Assembly: GCA_963663405.2 (NCBI GenBank)
Contig: CAXXSM010000053.1
Coordinates: 96,001 to 160,000, forward strand
DNA: 64,000 nt
Direction: 5' to 3'
DNA from: a bacterium
Lineage (GTDB): Bacteria > Hinthialibacterota > Hinthialibacteria > Hinthialibacterales > Hinthialibacteraceae
Part shown: piece after piece, positions 47,118 through 57,748 of the stretch
Position numbering within the stretch: position 1 is the stretch's first letter
How the letters are laid out: every line of letters starts with the position of its first letter
The notes under the pieces: generated by a model
Told to the model about the DNA's origin: nothing
The model's input: only the letters and a program-made list of their open reading frames with translations
The model's database searches: none
Made by a program: the position numbers and the translations under genes

Positions 47118-48752
47118 CTACCTTCCAATGCGTAAAACAATGAGAGAGCGGGGTAGGAGTTTGACCGCAGCGCTGTTTGATTGTGTGGAAAGGGATGAAC
47201 CTATCGGAATACTCAGTATAGAGGATATGGATGATGCTTGTTTAAATTGAATCGACGCTTCGACTGGTTTGTCGTTAAAATTCTCAATTACGGCGGTATC
47301 GCTGTCAAAAAGGTATAGCGCCACACGTGACGGGGCGTTGAATTCGATGCCGAACGGTTTGAGCATAGCTCTGCGGATGGCTTTGAGTTGTTCGGGGAGG
47401 ATATCCATCAGTTCCCAGAGATCTTTGGGCGTGTTGATGATTTGGTTTTTACCCATACGTTCTTTTAGGGTAGATGGCATTTTTTCTGCGAGTTCATCCG
47501 TGATTAGAACGGGAGCGCCTCTATCGAGTAAATCCCTCACTTTTTTTGCGAAGGTCGGATCTTTGGCTGTATGAACGGGTAGGAAGAAGGCTTGTCCATC
47601 TTTGTGAATCTCTGTGGCGGGGACAAGCGGCAAACCTATCATCCCGATAAAATCGTAGACATAGTTTTCATTTCCGCCATCGCTGTTGGGGATTTTGGGA
47701 GCGCTGATTCCACGAGGTTGTTTCTCATGGATCAATTCGGCCAGTTTAAACAAATCAGGGATTTCTTTCCGCAAGGCTTTGATATTTTCCGGGCCGGTAT
47801 CGTTTTGCAATGAGCCATAGCAGAAAAGCAGCGCCTGACGGGCGCCGCCTAGGATTGTTTGACGCGCCTGTTCTAAATATGTCGGAGGGGTGGTCCCATA
47901 AGGATCGAACCAACCTCCTCCACATTTTTCCCCGCCGATCTTACCCAGCCAGCGCATGATAAAATAGGCTTCGTATTGAGCTTTCCGTCCCCAGCGCTGA
48001 TTATCCGGATCGCGGGTTTCGGTTCCCACCCAGATCTTATCGAACATATCCGACTGGCGGACAACCTCATACCCCCGGTTATGAAAGTTATCGTACCATT
48101 GGGGATACTTGATAATGATCGTAACATTTGGATTAACTTTACGGGCTGGATTGATGACGTTTTTTTGAGAGATACCTGCCAGCAGATCACAACGGTATTC
48201 AGCCCAGGATTGATCGCCTCGCGCCTTAACGCAATCTTCGCACTCGCACCCGGTGGCGAAAAAATCATCGATCATCACTTCGTCAAATAAACCCGCGGCG
48301 AATTCGAATGCGGATTGTAACGTTTCCAGGGCTTTGGGATCTGTAAAGCAGGGAAAGGACCAGCCGTTGACGCTGTCACGGCCGAGTTTTGTGGTTGTGA
48401 TACAGCCGCTGACTTGGAAACCGGCGTCCAGAAATTTCGTTTTGGCTTTTAGTAATACATCCCGGTTTGGCGTGTAACCTCCCCGGAATGATTCCAAGTA
48501 GACATGAGTGACGGCGGTGTCTTTACACCATTGGATGGCGTTATCGATCCTCTCATCGGATGTGAGGTATTGACGGACGTTCTGAGCCGTGAAGAGGGTT
48601 GAAAAACTCAGCACGGATTTGTTTTTATGGGCCAGATCCCAGAGTGATTCGTCCGCCGCTTTGGCCGATATGGCCAACGAAATTCCCAAAATAGTCAGGA
48701 GTAGTTTGTTGTTGATTGCTTTTTTTAAATTATTCATTTTATCCCTATTCAT
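47118..48752 (-). CDS. Secreted hypothetical glycoside-hydrolase-like (TIM barrel) protein
   Basis: Signal peptide; EVMIDDFF, CECEDC Zn-like motif, KYPQWYD and GTETRDP. Confidence 0.55.
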   Translation of the reverse strand: MNRDKMNNLKKAINNKLLLTILGISLAISAKAADESLWDLAHKNKSVLSFSTLFTAQNVRQYLTSDERIDNAIQWCKDTAVTHVYLESFRGGYTPNRDVLLKAKTKFLDAGFQVSGCITTTKLGRDSVNGWSFPCFTDPKALETLQSAFEFAAGLFDEVMIDDFFATGCECEDCVKARGDQSWAEYRCDLLAGISQKNVINPARKVNPNVTIIIKYPQWYDNFHNRGYEVVRQSDMFDKIWVGTETRDPDNQRWGRKAQYEAYFIMRWLGKIGGEKCGGGWFDPYGTTPPTYLEQARQTILGGARQALLFCYGSLQNDTGPENIKALRKEIPDLFKLAELIHEKQPRGISAPKIPNSDGGNENYVYDFIGMIGLPLVPATEIHKDGQAFFLPVHTAKDPTFAKKVRDLLDRGAPVLITDELAEKMPSTLKERMGKNQIINTPKDLWELMDILPEQLKAIRRAMLKPFGIEFNAPSRVALYLFDSDTAVIENFNDKPVEASIQFKQASSISSILSIPIGSSLSTQSNSAAVKLLPRSLIVLRIGR

Positions 48753-48909
48753 GATGTTATTTATGTTAGAGTAATAAAACTGGAATTTCCCATTTGAATC
48801 AGGAAATAAGTCAGTTTTCTCGCATTCACTCTATTCTTTCCTAAAAAATCGTGTCATGTCAAGTACTTTCAAAAAAAAACGGTATCAGGTTTGTATCGAT
48901 CATATACTA

Positions 48910-50772
48910 TCAATTAGATTGAGAAGAATGGAAACTCTCTCCTGGATAATTGGAATCGAATTCAAGGATATCAATTTCTAAACAATCAATCCAAATTGTG
49001 GCGGGATCGGTTTGACTTGTTGATGCGGCTTGGATAACTGGAGTGATATATTTATCATCATTGGATTGATAGACAAGAGTCAGCGTTTTTTCATGGTTCA
49101 AAAAACTAGCCGCTGAATAGGGCGCATACGTAGCGATAGAACCATCGGTCTCCTGCATAGAACCTTTTAAAACTCCTAGCGTAACGGTGACGTTTTGTGC
49201 GTTCGCTGATAATGTGATGCGTAGAATAACCGGTTTTCCTGCTGTGTTGACCGGCTGTGCTGAATATGCAAACGCTACTTGTTTGGGATGCACTGTGATC
49301 GCCATTCCTTTTTGATCCTGTGATGTAGAGAAACGCCCAGTAGGCAACGCTGATATTTGTATCGTTCCCGCGGGTGTATCCGGCACAAATCCACCAGGAA
49401 TTTCACTCCAGCCATTTCCCACTAAAGTTGGATTGCTGAAATCAAAAACTTTCTTACCTGTAGTTATTGGGATGGCGGTTGGTGTTGGTGTGTTCGTGAT
49501 GACTGGTTTTTGCGTTGGCGTTGCGCTTGGGGGGATTGGTGTTGGATTTTTTGATCCATCCTCAGTTGGGGGGGCAAGAAAGATCGATTGATTTGGTAAT
49601 TCTTGGGATGGAACCCAAACCGGATATGCGCTCATTCCTTCATTTGTTAACCGGGTCAATCCGCCGCCATCGATATTGACCGTATATAGATCGAATCCCA
49701 TTGGTGGTTGAGCGCCTTCTTTTGAATATACACAAAACGCGACTTGTTTCCCGTCTGGAGACCAGGCTACACTTTTAATCGCTTCGAATAGAGTGGCTTC
49801 AATCCCTGGGATAGCGGGAAGATTAACAAGCTCAGGGGAGGTGATTTGAACGCCAGGCGCGTTTGAGCCATCCGCGCGGACAATAAAGACAGCCGTATCC
49901 CGATTTACCTGCCTTACATATGCGATCTGTTGCCCATCCGGCGACCAGGCCGGTGAATAATGACGCTCGATTACTGGATTAAATGGATCATAGACAGGAT
50001 TCAAAACGGGTTGAAACGCGGCGCCTTCTGGATTCACAATGTATAAGGTCCAATCCTGGTAGCCAGGATAACTATTGATGAAACTTACCAAAATTTTGGT
50101 TGGATCAAAAGGATGCCATGTGGAGTGAGACCAAGCGTATCCAACAGCTTGCCCCGGTAATTCAAGAGCGGTTGCCGCGAACGCGCTGGAACCATCCGTG
50201 TTGGCTATTGCTAAAAATGAACGGGGATCCATGGCTTTGGGCGCGATCGTCTGCGCTTTTGGAAAAGTTGTTTTCACCTGTTGTGGGACGATGGGAATAG
50301 GAACGGACATATCTTTCGGTTCCAATAGATTCGCCCGGTAAATGATCCGTGATTGATCCGGAGAAACCGTCGTTTCTCCCGCCCAAAGAACTAGAGTTGT
50401 TGTTCTGGAATCGCCGGTCCAACCCATGAATGGAGTGATGCGGTATGGCGTAAAAACACCATGTACTGAATAGCAATAGATCATCACAAATGGATAGGGA
50501 AAGTCAGCGATCCAAACGGGGATAGACATAAACAACGCTTGACCGTCCGGGCTAAAAACGGGATTCATAAACGCGCCATCGGCTAACTTAATTTGTTGGG
50601 TTCCATCCGCGCGGATTGCATTTAATGAAAATTCCTGCAATGTATCAAAACGGCCGCGATTATACATCAGCCAATCATTGGCGTTTACATGCATAGATCC
50701 AAGTATTAAAACAATCGTATATACAATTCGAATTAACTTGATTTGGGATTGATTCATAATGATTGTCTCCAA
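48910..50772 (-). CDS. TolB/PD40-repeat secreted protein with a Pro/Thr linker and an unassigned C-terminal domain
   Basis: PVFSPDG, PAWSPDGQQIAY, AWSPDGKQVAF and DLYTVNIDGGGLTRLT repeats. Confidence 0.8.
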   Translation of the reverse strand: METIIMNQSQIKLIRIVYTIVLILGSMHVNANDWLMYNRGRFDTLQEFSLNAIRADGTQQIKLADGAFMNPVFSPDGQALFMSIPVWIADFPYPFVMIYCYSVHGVFTPYRITPFMGWTGDSRTTTLVLWAGETTVSPDQSRIIYRANLLEPKDMSVPIPIVPQQVKTTFPKAQTIAPKAMDPRSFLAIANTDGSSAFAATALELPGQAVGYAWSHSTWHPFDPTKILVSFINSYPGYQDWTLYIVNPEGAAFQPVLNPVYDPFNPVIERHYSPAWSPDGQQIAYVRQVNRDTAVFIVRADGSNAPGVQITSPELVNLPAIPGIEATLFEAIKSVAWSPDGKQVAFCVYSKEGAQPPMGFDLYTVNIDGGGLTRLTNEGMSAYPVWVPSQELPNQSIFLAPPTEDGSKNPTPIPPSATPTQKPVITNTPTPTAIPITTGKKVFDFSNPTLVGNGWSEIPGGFVPDTPAGTIQISALPTGRFSTSQDQKGMAITVHPKQVAFAYSAQPVNTAGKPVILRITLSANAQNVTVTLGVLKGSMQETDGSIATYAPYSAASFLNHEKTLTLVYQSNDDKYITPVIQAASTSQTDPATIWIDCLEIDILEFDSNYPGESFHSSQSN

Positions 50773-50811
50773 ATGAACTGAAACTCTACGCTTACTGGCT
50801 GCGCTTACCGC

Positions 50812-53800
50812 TCAAGGGAATGACACGCGTCCCTCATCCGGCATGCTATCGATTTCAAATGTATTTACATTCATCGCTGAAACAAAAATAGACATGGAAG
50901 TGGGATTTCCTATAGAATTCAAAGGGACGGTCACATCAATTTGATTGGCGGCGGATCGAACTACATTTTGGATCGAACCGGCTTCGTAAAAATCCATCCA
51001 ATCAATGCCATATGGATCACTCCATTGATAAATAGTCTCTTCATATTCCTCTGTGAAGAATTCCGGACCAATGGATAAATAGAAATCCATTCCATCTTGA
51101 TCGCCGGTTCCCTGATTTCGATCCGTATCAAGATAGATTTCAATAGAAACCTGTGTTTTTCGAATCGCTTCGGCGGGTATAGAATCATGAAATACTAAAC
51201 GAAATGTCATATTCCGCCCTGTGATTTGCGCGAGGAGTTGTTTCAAATCATAAGCGCCGGACAAACCTTCACGCGCATCGTTCATCACAACAGTCCAACC
51301 ATCGGAAGGCGCTGGCGTAGGAACCAAAGTGGGTGGAGGCTGAGTGGGCGTATAAACCGGCGCTTGTGTCCATGTAGGAGTATTCACCGGTGTCCATGTC
51401 GGAGTTGGTGTGAAGACAACCGGTTTTGTTGATGTTGGTGGAATCGGCGCCGTTGGATGTGGCGTGTTTTGAGGGCTGCCCGTTTGGTCTGTCCAGGTGG
51501 AATAAAAAAGGCGTCCGAGATAATCAAGGTTTTTCGCGATCTGGTAGATTTCGATCCGGTCGATCCATACTCGAAACGCAGACGCCGGATTTGTGGCCGC
51601 GACTTGCAGCATCGGAGTAATGATTTCACCTTGATCCGGTTCATACATAAGTATTAAACAACGTTCTTGCTCTACAAAGTCTTTCGCGCTAGCGGCCATG
51701 TTTGTCGCAATGGAACTATCCACTCCCTGATATGTAGTCAAATTTCCTTTTAACGCGGCCAATGTAATCATTGCTGGAGAGTCTTCCGCTCGTAAAACCG
51801 CGCGAATTAAAATTGGAGAGCCTCCTGTTTGAACTGGATTTTTTGCGAAGAGAAGCTGCACTTGTTTTTCCTGTATCGTAATTGAAATTCCCTGCTGATC
51901 CTGAGTGGAAGGAATCAAATTGATCATTGAAACGTTGGTTTCAACTTTTCCAGGGGGAGCCTGTACAAATGCGCCGATAATCTCTCCCCAACCACAATCT
52001 TCTAATGAGGAACGGTTAAACTCATAGACGATCAAAGGCGTCAGAGCATCATTGGGAGCGGAGGGCAATGTGGGAGTGGGTTTTGCTGGAGGCATCGTCG
52101 GGGATGGACTTGGTTGAATGGCTGGGAGTGCGTCCCAGGCGGCTTTGACATTCATTTTTCCAGCGCCCCAGCGTCCATCCCAACCCGGCGCGCCGGCGTC
52201 AATTGCAGTTTGCGTCAAGATCGATTTGATTTGCGCTGCATCCAAAGCAGGATTCTTTTGCAGCAATAATGCCGCCGCTCCACAGACATGCGGAGACGCC
52301 ATACTGGTTCCTTGATCGACAAAGTGTTTCCCATCGGGTGTGCTGTGCGAACGGCGAGTACCATAATCCGGTTGGATATTGGATTCCCACGCGGCGTAAA
52401 TATATTGGCCAGGAGCGGCTATATCGGGTTTTCGAACCCCATTCTGCAAAGGCCCACGTCCGGATGTAACCGCGATTTGTCCAATGATCGCGCTGCTGTC
52501 TTCATGAACGTTCCCATCTACGGTTACCCAACTATTTTTCGTGACGTATGAAGCGACTCCAATCACATTCTCCGCGCTGGCCGGCGTATTGATTGTAACT
52601 TCGGAATCCGGTTGGATACGAAGTTGATCGTTTGGATTGCCGGCGAACTGCACGCCCGGCGGGGAAAACGCGATCCAGGATTCAAGCGGTACGCCTTCTC
52701 CATTGAATTCCACATCGAATTCGAATTTTGATAAATCCACCTCCTGACCGTTTTTCTCGATGATGAATGTGATCAAGTTATAGTTTGGATTCTGCGGATA
52801 CGGCGCCTGACGGGCATCGACAGTGACAATGGTTCCTTGTAAGGCGCCTTCTTCGATGGCTAACACGTGCCGCCCGTTTTTTGATACCCAATTGGTTGTC
52901 ACATATTGGGACATTTGATCGTCTTTTGGAATCCACATCCGTGCTTGAACGGATAGCGCCGCTGGATACCATGATTGAATAATAGCGATTTCATAGTCAT
53001 CCGTTGAATAGATCCGGAAATAGGGATAGAAATTATTCGCAGGAGCGGATAAGATCGATTTCGCATGAACCGTATCATCTCCTTCATTTCCAACCGCCGC
53101 GCAAATCACACGGCCGGGGATTCCTGAACCAGCCAGTTGATTGAGGGCTTGATCTAATGTGTAGGTTCCATCGTGCAATCCATAATGAGCGCCGAATGAC
53201 ATGTTGACTGCGATTGGCCTGTTCCCGGCTCTATGAAATAACCAATTGACAGCGTCGAGAATTTGTGTGTCGCGGACATCATCTTCATGGTTGACGATCA
53301 GTAAGTTGGCGTCCGGCGCCATGCCGGCATATTGATACGCGGGTTGACCATTTCCTGTTTCCGAACCATCACCGGCGGCGATACTCGCCACATGCGTTCC
53401 ATGAAAACGGCGGGGAATATGCGCGCAGGTTTTTTGATCGAGCGAAGACTTTTCCCAAAGAGTTCCATACGGATAGCCATCCGGCGCCGCGCCCGAATTA
53501 TCCAATTGATCCCAAATCGCAAGAATGCGAGATTGATCATCCTCCGTTCGGAAATCACCATGGCGGTAATCAATCCCGGAATCGATGATTCCAACAAGAA
53601 CGCCTTCTCCACGATGTCCAGCCCCTAGTTCCAGCCAAACTTGATCCGCTCGTGTTTCGGGAACGCTGCGGTCTAATCGATGGGAAAGATGCTTCGCGCT
53701 TTCTATAGAATGCACAGCCGGGATTTCAGCCAGTTCATGTACAATTTCAAGAGGAACCCATGCCGTAAGAATCGCGCCTAAATCCGTTCGGATTCGAATC

Positions 53801-54048
53801 CCCAATGCAGAAAACTGTTCTCTGGAAATGGAAGGATCTTCCAACGTGATCCAAACATCGGCATACTCGATTTTATCAATAGATTGAAGAGATGCATATT
53901 GATTATCACCAACGGAATCCGTATCCATCCTTCGCGCTAAAAGTGGATCAATTTTAGAAGAAATAATTGAATCTTCTGCAAATCCGGTACCTAGACATCC
54001 AAACAAAATGACGATTATTAGATTTTGAATCCAGTATCTTGCGCGCAT
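50812..54048 (-). CDS. Secreted S8 (subtilisin) serine peptidase, multidomain
   Basis: Catalytic IIDSGID, HGTHVASIAAG and GTSMASPHV; Csp-like insertion; Pro/Thr linkers; two C-terminal accessory domains. Confidence 0.92.
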   Translation of the reverse strand: MRARYWIQNLIIVILFGCLGTGFAEDSIISSKIDPLLARRMDTDSVGDNQYASLQSIDKIEYADVWITLEDPSISREQFSALGIRIRTDLGAILTAWVPLEIVHELAEIPAVHSIESAKHLSHRLDRSVPETRADQVWLELGAGHRGEGVLVGIIDSGIDYRHGDFRTEDDQSRILAIWDQLDNSGAAPDGYPYGTLWEKSSLDQKTCAHIPRRFHGTHVASIAAGDGSETGNGQPAYQYAGMAPDANLLIVNHEDDVRDTQILDAVNWLFHRAGNRPIAVNMSFGAHYGLHDGTYTLDQALNQLAGSGIPGRVICAAVGNEGDDTVHAKSILSAPANNFYPYFRIYSTDDYEIAIIQSWYPAALSVQARMWIPKDDQMSQYVTTNWVSKNGRHVLAIEEGALQGTIVTVDARQAPYPQNPNYNLITFIIEKNGQEVDLSKFEFDVEFNGEGVPLESWIAFSPPGVQFAGNPNDQLRIQPDSEVTINTPASAENVIGVASYVTKNSWVTVDGNVHEDSSAIIGQIAVTSGRGPLQNGVRKPDIAAPGQYIYAAWESNIQPDYGTRRSHSTPDGKHFVDQGTSMASPHVCGAAALLLQKNPALDAAQIKSILTQTAIDAGAPGWDGRWGAGKMNVKAAWDALPAIQPSPSPTMPPAKPTPTLPSAPNDALTPLIVYEFNRSSLEDCGWGEIIGAFVQAPPGKVETNVSMINLIPSTQDQQGISITIQEKQVQLLFAKNPVQTGGSPILIRAVLRAEDSPAMITLAALKGNLTTYQGVDSSIATNMAASAKDFVEQERCLILMYEPDQGEIITPMLQVAATNPASAFRVWIDRIEIYQIAKNLDYLGRLFYSTWTDQTGSPQNTPHPTAPIPPTSTKPVVFTPTPTWTPVNTPTWTQAPVYTPTQPPPTLVPTPAPSDGWTVVMNDAREGLSGAYDLKQLLAQITGRNMTFRLVFHDSIPAEAIRKTQVSIEIYLDTDRNQGTGDQDGMDFYLSIGPEFFTEEYEETIYQWSDPYGIDWMDFYEAGSIQNVVRSAANQIDVTVPLNSIGNPTSMSIFVSAMNVNTFEIDSMPDEGRVSFP

Positions 54049-54385
54049 AATAGAATCCTCTTCTCACTCACAATTTCCTCAGCTGCCATATCTCAAGTTT
54101 TGATTAAAAGAAATTCTATCAAATCCTTACTGATTATCTCATAAAACTACTAGGTGTGTCTACTCATGTATGGGATTCGGTTGTATAGAAATCGGGAAGT
54201 GTTGTCAACCTTGCCACCATAAAAAGAGAATATTTATCAATAACGAACAGTTCCTTAGCATTCAAAATTGTATAAGAATCTTGTGGTATTAATAAAGAAA
54301 TTCGCTTATAGTATAAATGATCCTACATACAGTCAGTGAACTCTTTCTGTCTGGAAGCGTGATAAATCTGAAAGAAGGTGACACC

Positions 54386-57300
54386 ATGAAAAAGCACATC
54401 AAATTAACCTTTTTTCTTTCCTATGCTCTTATGTCTTCTTTTTCTTCTGCACAGGATTCGTCAATGGACGAACTTGACCTTCCTCTTCGAGGACCATCCG
54501 GTGAAATCATTTTAGGGATAGGAAGGCTTGATGGCGCCGCGTTTTCTCCTGATGGCCAAACGTTCGCTACAGTCGGCAGTATGGGAGTATTTCTGTGGGA
54601 TATTGATAGCGGGCAACCGTCGCGGTATGTTTTATCAAATTATAATCTTAGAAATTGCATCACGTTTTCCCCGAATGGCCAGATGCTATGCGTTGCGGAT
54701 AACGATGGGACGCTATTTGTCATTGATATAGAAACAGATGAAATTACACATCATTATGAAGACTTATACAACGTCCAATCCATTGCCTTCTCTCCCGATA
54801 GCCGCAGGTTGTGTGTGGGGAGATATTCTTATCAGAATATCTTTTCAATCCACTTATTTGATTTGGAAAATGGAGAAACAACGTTAATGCAAAGACGCGA
54901 AAATCGTTGGGGGGGTGTCGAATTTGTCCAATTCTCTCCCGATGGTTCAAAAATCCTTTCTCTTATTGTTACAAATGATCTTTATAGTTCTCAATATGAA
55001 ATCACAGTATTCGATGTTGAAACAAAAGAACAAACTTTTATTCTGCAAGAATCAACATACAACACATTCCCTGTAGGATTCATTGATGGCGGAAAAAAAG
55101 TTCTATACATTGATGATAAAGCAGTTCGTTTAGCGGATGTCGAAACGGATGAACGGATTTTAAAACCTGTTTTTATGCATAACAACCAAGTCCAATGCGC
55201 GGCCTTATCGGTAGATGGAAAGTATCTAATTACAGGATACAACAATTGGGAAAATAATGAAAATCGTGTAATAGTCAATCTATGGGAAATCGAATCGGGC
55301 GCACAAATCCAACAGTACTCTCTTGATATAAATTACATTAATGCGATCTCTTTCTCCCCCGATGGCTCCCAATTTTGGATCGTAAGTCAAGATGCGCAAA
55401 CGATTGTTCGTGTCGATATAGAAACCGGGCAGGAAGTTCGACGCTATGGAGGATTCGCCCATGATTTTCAATTGGCTGATTTTACACCCGATGGCGAATA
55501 TGTAGTGACTACCTCTATGGGCTGGTGGATTCCTTCCACGGAAATTTTCTGGGATGCGGAGACTGGTGAACATGTGTATACACTCTTCAATGATGAACCT
55601 CATCTTTCCCTTTCGTTTTCAAAAGATGGGAAAGAAATCCTCACTGGTGAAAATGTATGGGATGAAGAATTGGAGATGAATATTTCGACTGCCTATCTTT
55701 TGGATACAGACACAGGTGAAATAATAAAGCAATTTGAACATCCCGCAAATTTAAACGCAATCGAACTTTCTCCTGATGAACAACATATACTCGCATGGTA
55801 TAGTGAAAACAATCCGGATACCGACGAGCAAAGTGAATACGCGATATTATGGAACGCCGAAACCGCAGAGAAACTAAAAACTTTCATCGTTGAACCGCAA
55901 GGAGTCAACACGATCTCATTCTCACCAAACGGAGAATTGTTGTTGACTATCAATTCGTATGGTACCGCGCAGGTATGGAATATTTCGGATTGGGAGTTCC
56001 CTGATCCACCGGAAACCGTATCCACCGAATTACCTTTAGAAGGACTTTCTGGAGAAACCTATCTTGGATTGGGGAGTTTAGACGCTGTAGCCTTGTCACC
56101 CGACAATCAACTCATTGCCACAGGAGGAAGCATGGGAATTCTATTATGGGATGTGGAAACACAAACAATAGTCCGATGGATTCACTCTGAAAACAATGTT
56201 AGTATCAATTCCATTCTCTTTATGCCGGATGGTTTGCATTTACTGGTTGGGACAGACTATGATGATATTCTTGTAATTGATATTACTACGGGAAATACAA
56301 TACGTAAATTTGAGAGCGCGGAAGGAAGCCTAACTTGTTTGACAATGCCAGATGACAGTAATGTTTTCATTGAAGGATATGAAACGTGGGATAATACAAA
56401 TGAAGGCCTTATAAGAATTCGGGATTTGGAGACGGGAAGTACGATTCGAACATTTCACGAAGACTATCCAGTACGTAGTTTATCTGTTACTGATGATGGG
56501 CGTTTTTTACTCGCAAGCTGCCAAGGATATGGTTTTATCGACGATCGCAGTCATGTGACCGTGCGGATATGGGATACTCAAACGAGTGAAGATACAATAT
56601 TGGTATCTTCTGATCAGTTATGGGATCCAATCCCCGCCGCTCTATCACGAAATGGAAGCAGCGCAGTCACAATTCAAAGTAATGTTGTTATCGTTTGGGA
56701 TCCAATGACAGGACGAAGGAATTCTACGAGACTCCGAACCGGCTATGTCAATGTGATAGACATATCTCCTAATGGAGAACAGGTTATTACGGCCGGAGAG
56801 GAGATGAAACTGTGGAATGCGGAATCTGGAAAGATGATACAGCAATATAGCGAAGCCTGCCAAAATATTGAATATCTTTGCTTTTCAAGAGAGGGTGAAA
56901 AAGTGCTGTGTAAAGGTAATGATTATGATAATACTGTCAAATTATTTGATATCGAGACAGGCCAGATGATTTTCAATTTAGAAGAATATAAAGGCCGAAT
57001 CGAATCCGCTGAATTTTCAGCGGATAGCCGTTTTATACTCACTGAATCGGGACAGAGCGATAATTACGAAATCAACCTATGGAATCCACAAACCGGGGAA
57101 AAAATCTATACGTTGGAAACGGAATGGACAACAAGCGCTACATTTTCGAATGATGGAACATGGATTCTTACTGGCGGTGAAGGTATCCGTTTATGGAAAA
57201 CTGAAACTGGAGAGTTAAACCATATTTTCGTTAATGACGCATGGATCACTTCTATTGCTTTTTCATATGACGATCGACTTATACTCGCAGGAAGAGAATA

Positions 57301-57505
57301 TGAAAATACGACTAGAGTGGAATTGTGGGATGTGGAGACAAAGGAAAAAATTGTAAGTCTTCATCATGGAGATGGTTGGGATGTAAAAGTAGCGATATCG
57401 CCGGATAATACACATGTATTATCATCAACATATGGAATCACGAAACTGTGGGATATTCGAGAACTGGTTTCAACCGTAGCCGTAGATGATTATATGTTGT
57501 ATTGA
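54386..57505 (+). CDS. Secreted WD40-repeat protein (internally duplicated)
   Basis: Signal peptide after GAAGG RBS; many FSPDG...LWD repeats. Confidence 0.9.
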   Translation: MKKHIKLTFFLSYALMSSFSSAQDSSMDELDLPLRGPSGEIILGIGRLDGAAFSPDGQTFATVGSMGVFLWDIDSGQPSRYVLSNYNLRNCITFSPNGQMLCVADNDGTLFVIDIETDEITHHYEDLYNVQSIAFSPDSRRLCVGRYSYQNIFSIHLFDLENGETTLMQRRENRWGGVEFVQFSPDGSKILSLIVTNDLYSSQYEITVFDVETKEQTFILQESTYNTFPVGFIDGGKKVLYIDDKAVRLADVETDERILKPVFMHNNQVQCAALSVDGKYLITGYNNWENNENRVIVNLWEIESGAQIQQYSLDINYINAISFSPDGSQFWIVSQDAQTIVRVDIETGQEVRRYGGFAHDFQLADFTPDGEYVVTTSMGWWIPSTEIFWDAETGEHVYTLFNDEPHLSLSFSKDGKEILTGENVWDEELEMNISTAYLLDTDTGEIIKQFEHPANLNAIELSPDEQHILAWYSENNPDTDEQSEYAILWNAETAEKLKTFIVEPQGVNTISFSPNGELLLTINSYGTAQVWNISDWEFPDPPETVSTELPLEGLSGETYLGLGSLDAVALSPDNQLIATGGSMGILLWDVETQTIVRWIHSENNVSINSILFMPDGLHLLVGTDYDDILVIDITTGNTIRKFESAEGSLTCLTMPDDSNVFIEGYETWDNTNEGLIRIRDLETGSTIRTFHEDYPVRSLSVTDDGRFLLASCQGYGFIDDRSHVTVRIWDTQTSEDTILVSSDQLWDPIPAALSRNGSSAVTIQSNVVIVWDPMTGRRNSTRLRTGYVNVIDISPNGEQVITAGEEMKLWNAESGKMIQQYSEACQNIEYLCFSREGEKVLCKGNDYDNTVKLFDIETGQMIFNLEEYKGRIESAEFSADSRFILTESGQSDNYEINLWNPQTGEKIYTLETEWTTSATFSNDGTWILTGGEGIRLWKTETGELNHIFVNDAWITSIAFSYDDRLILAGREYENTTRVELWDVETKEKIVSLHHGDGWDVKVAISPDNTHVLSSTYGITKLWDIRELVSTVAVDDYMLY

Positions 57506-57748
57506 ATGATAAAAGGTTACAAGACTACAAGAAGAAGAACTTCTTAAAGACATTAATTTTCTAATTATCATTTTCATATGAATAATATGCTAAAGAACAA
57601 CTCAATTTCGAAAAACAGTAATAGTAAGAGATTGGAATATAAGGTGAGCGGATGTAAAAAAAAGTCCATAAAATGATGGTTTTCTCGAGAGATACTGATT
57701 CTGAAACGTTTCTGATAGTATATTAATAGAAAACGGACTATCTTTTTG

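Noticed and set aside
49470-49550. Pro/Thr repeats (also 51310-51470)
   Set aside because: Ordinary low-complexity linkers, not nucleotide-level repeat elements
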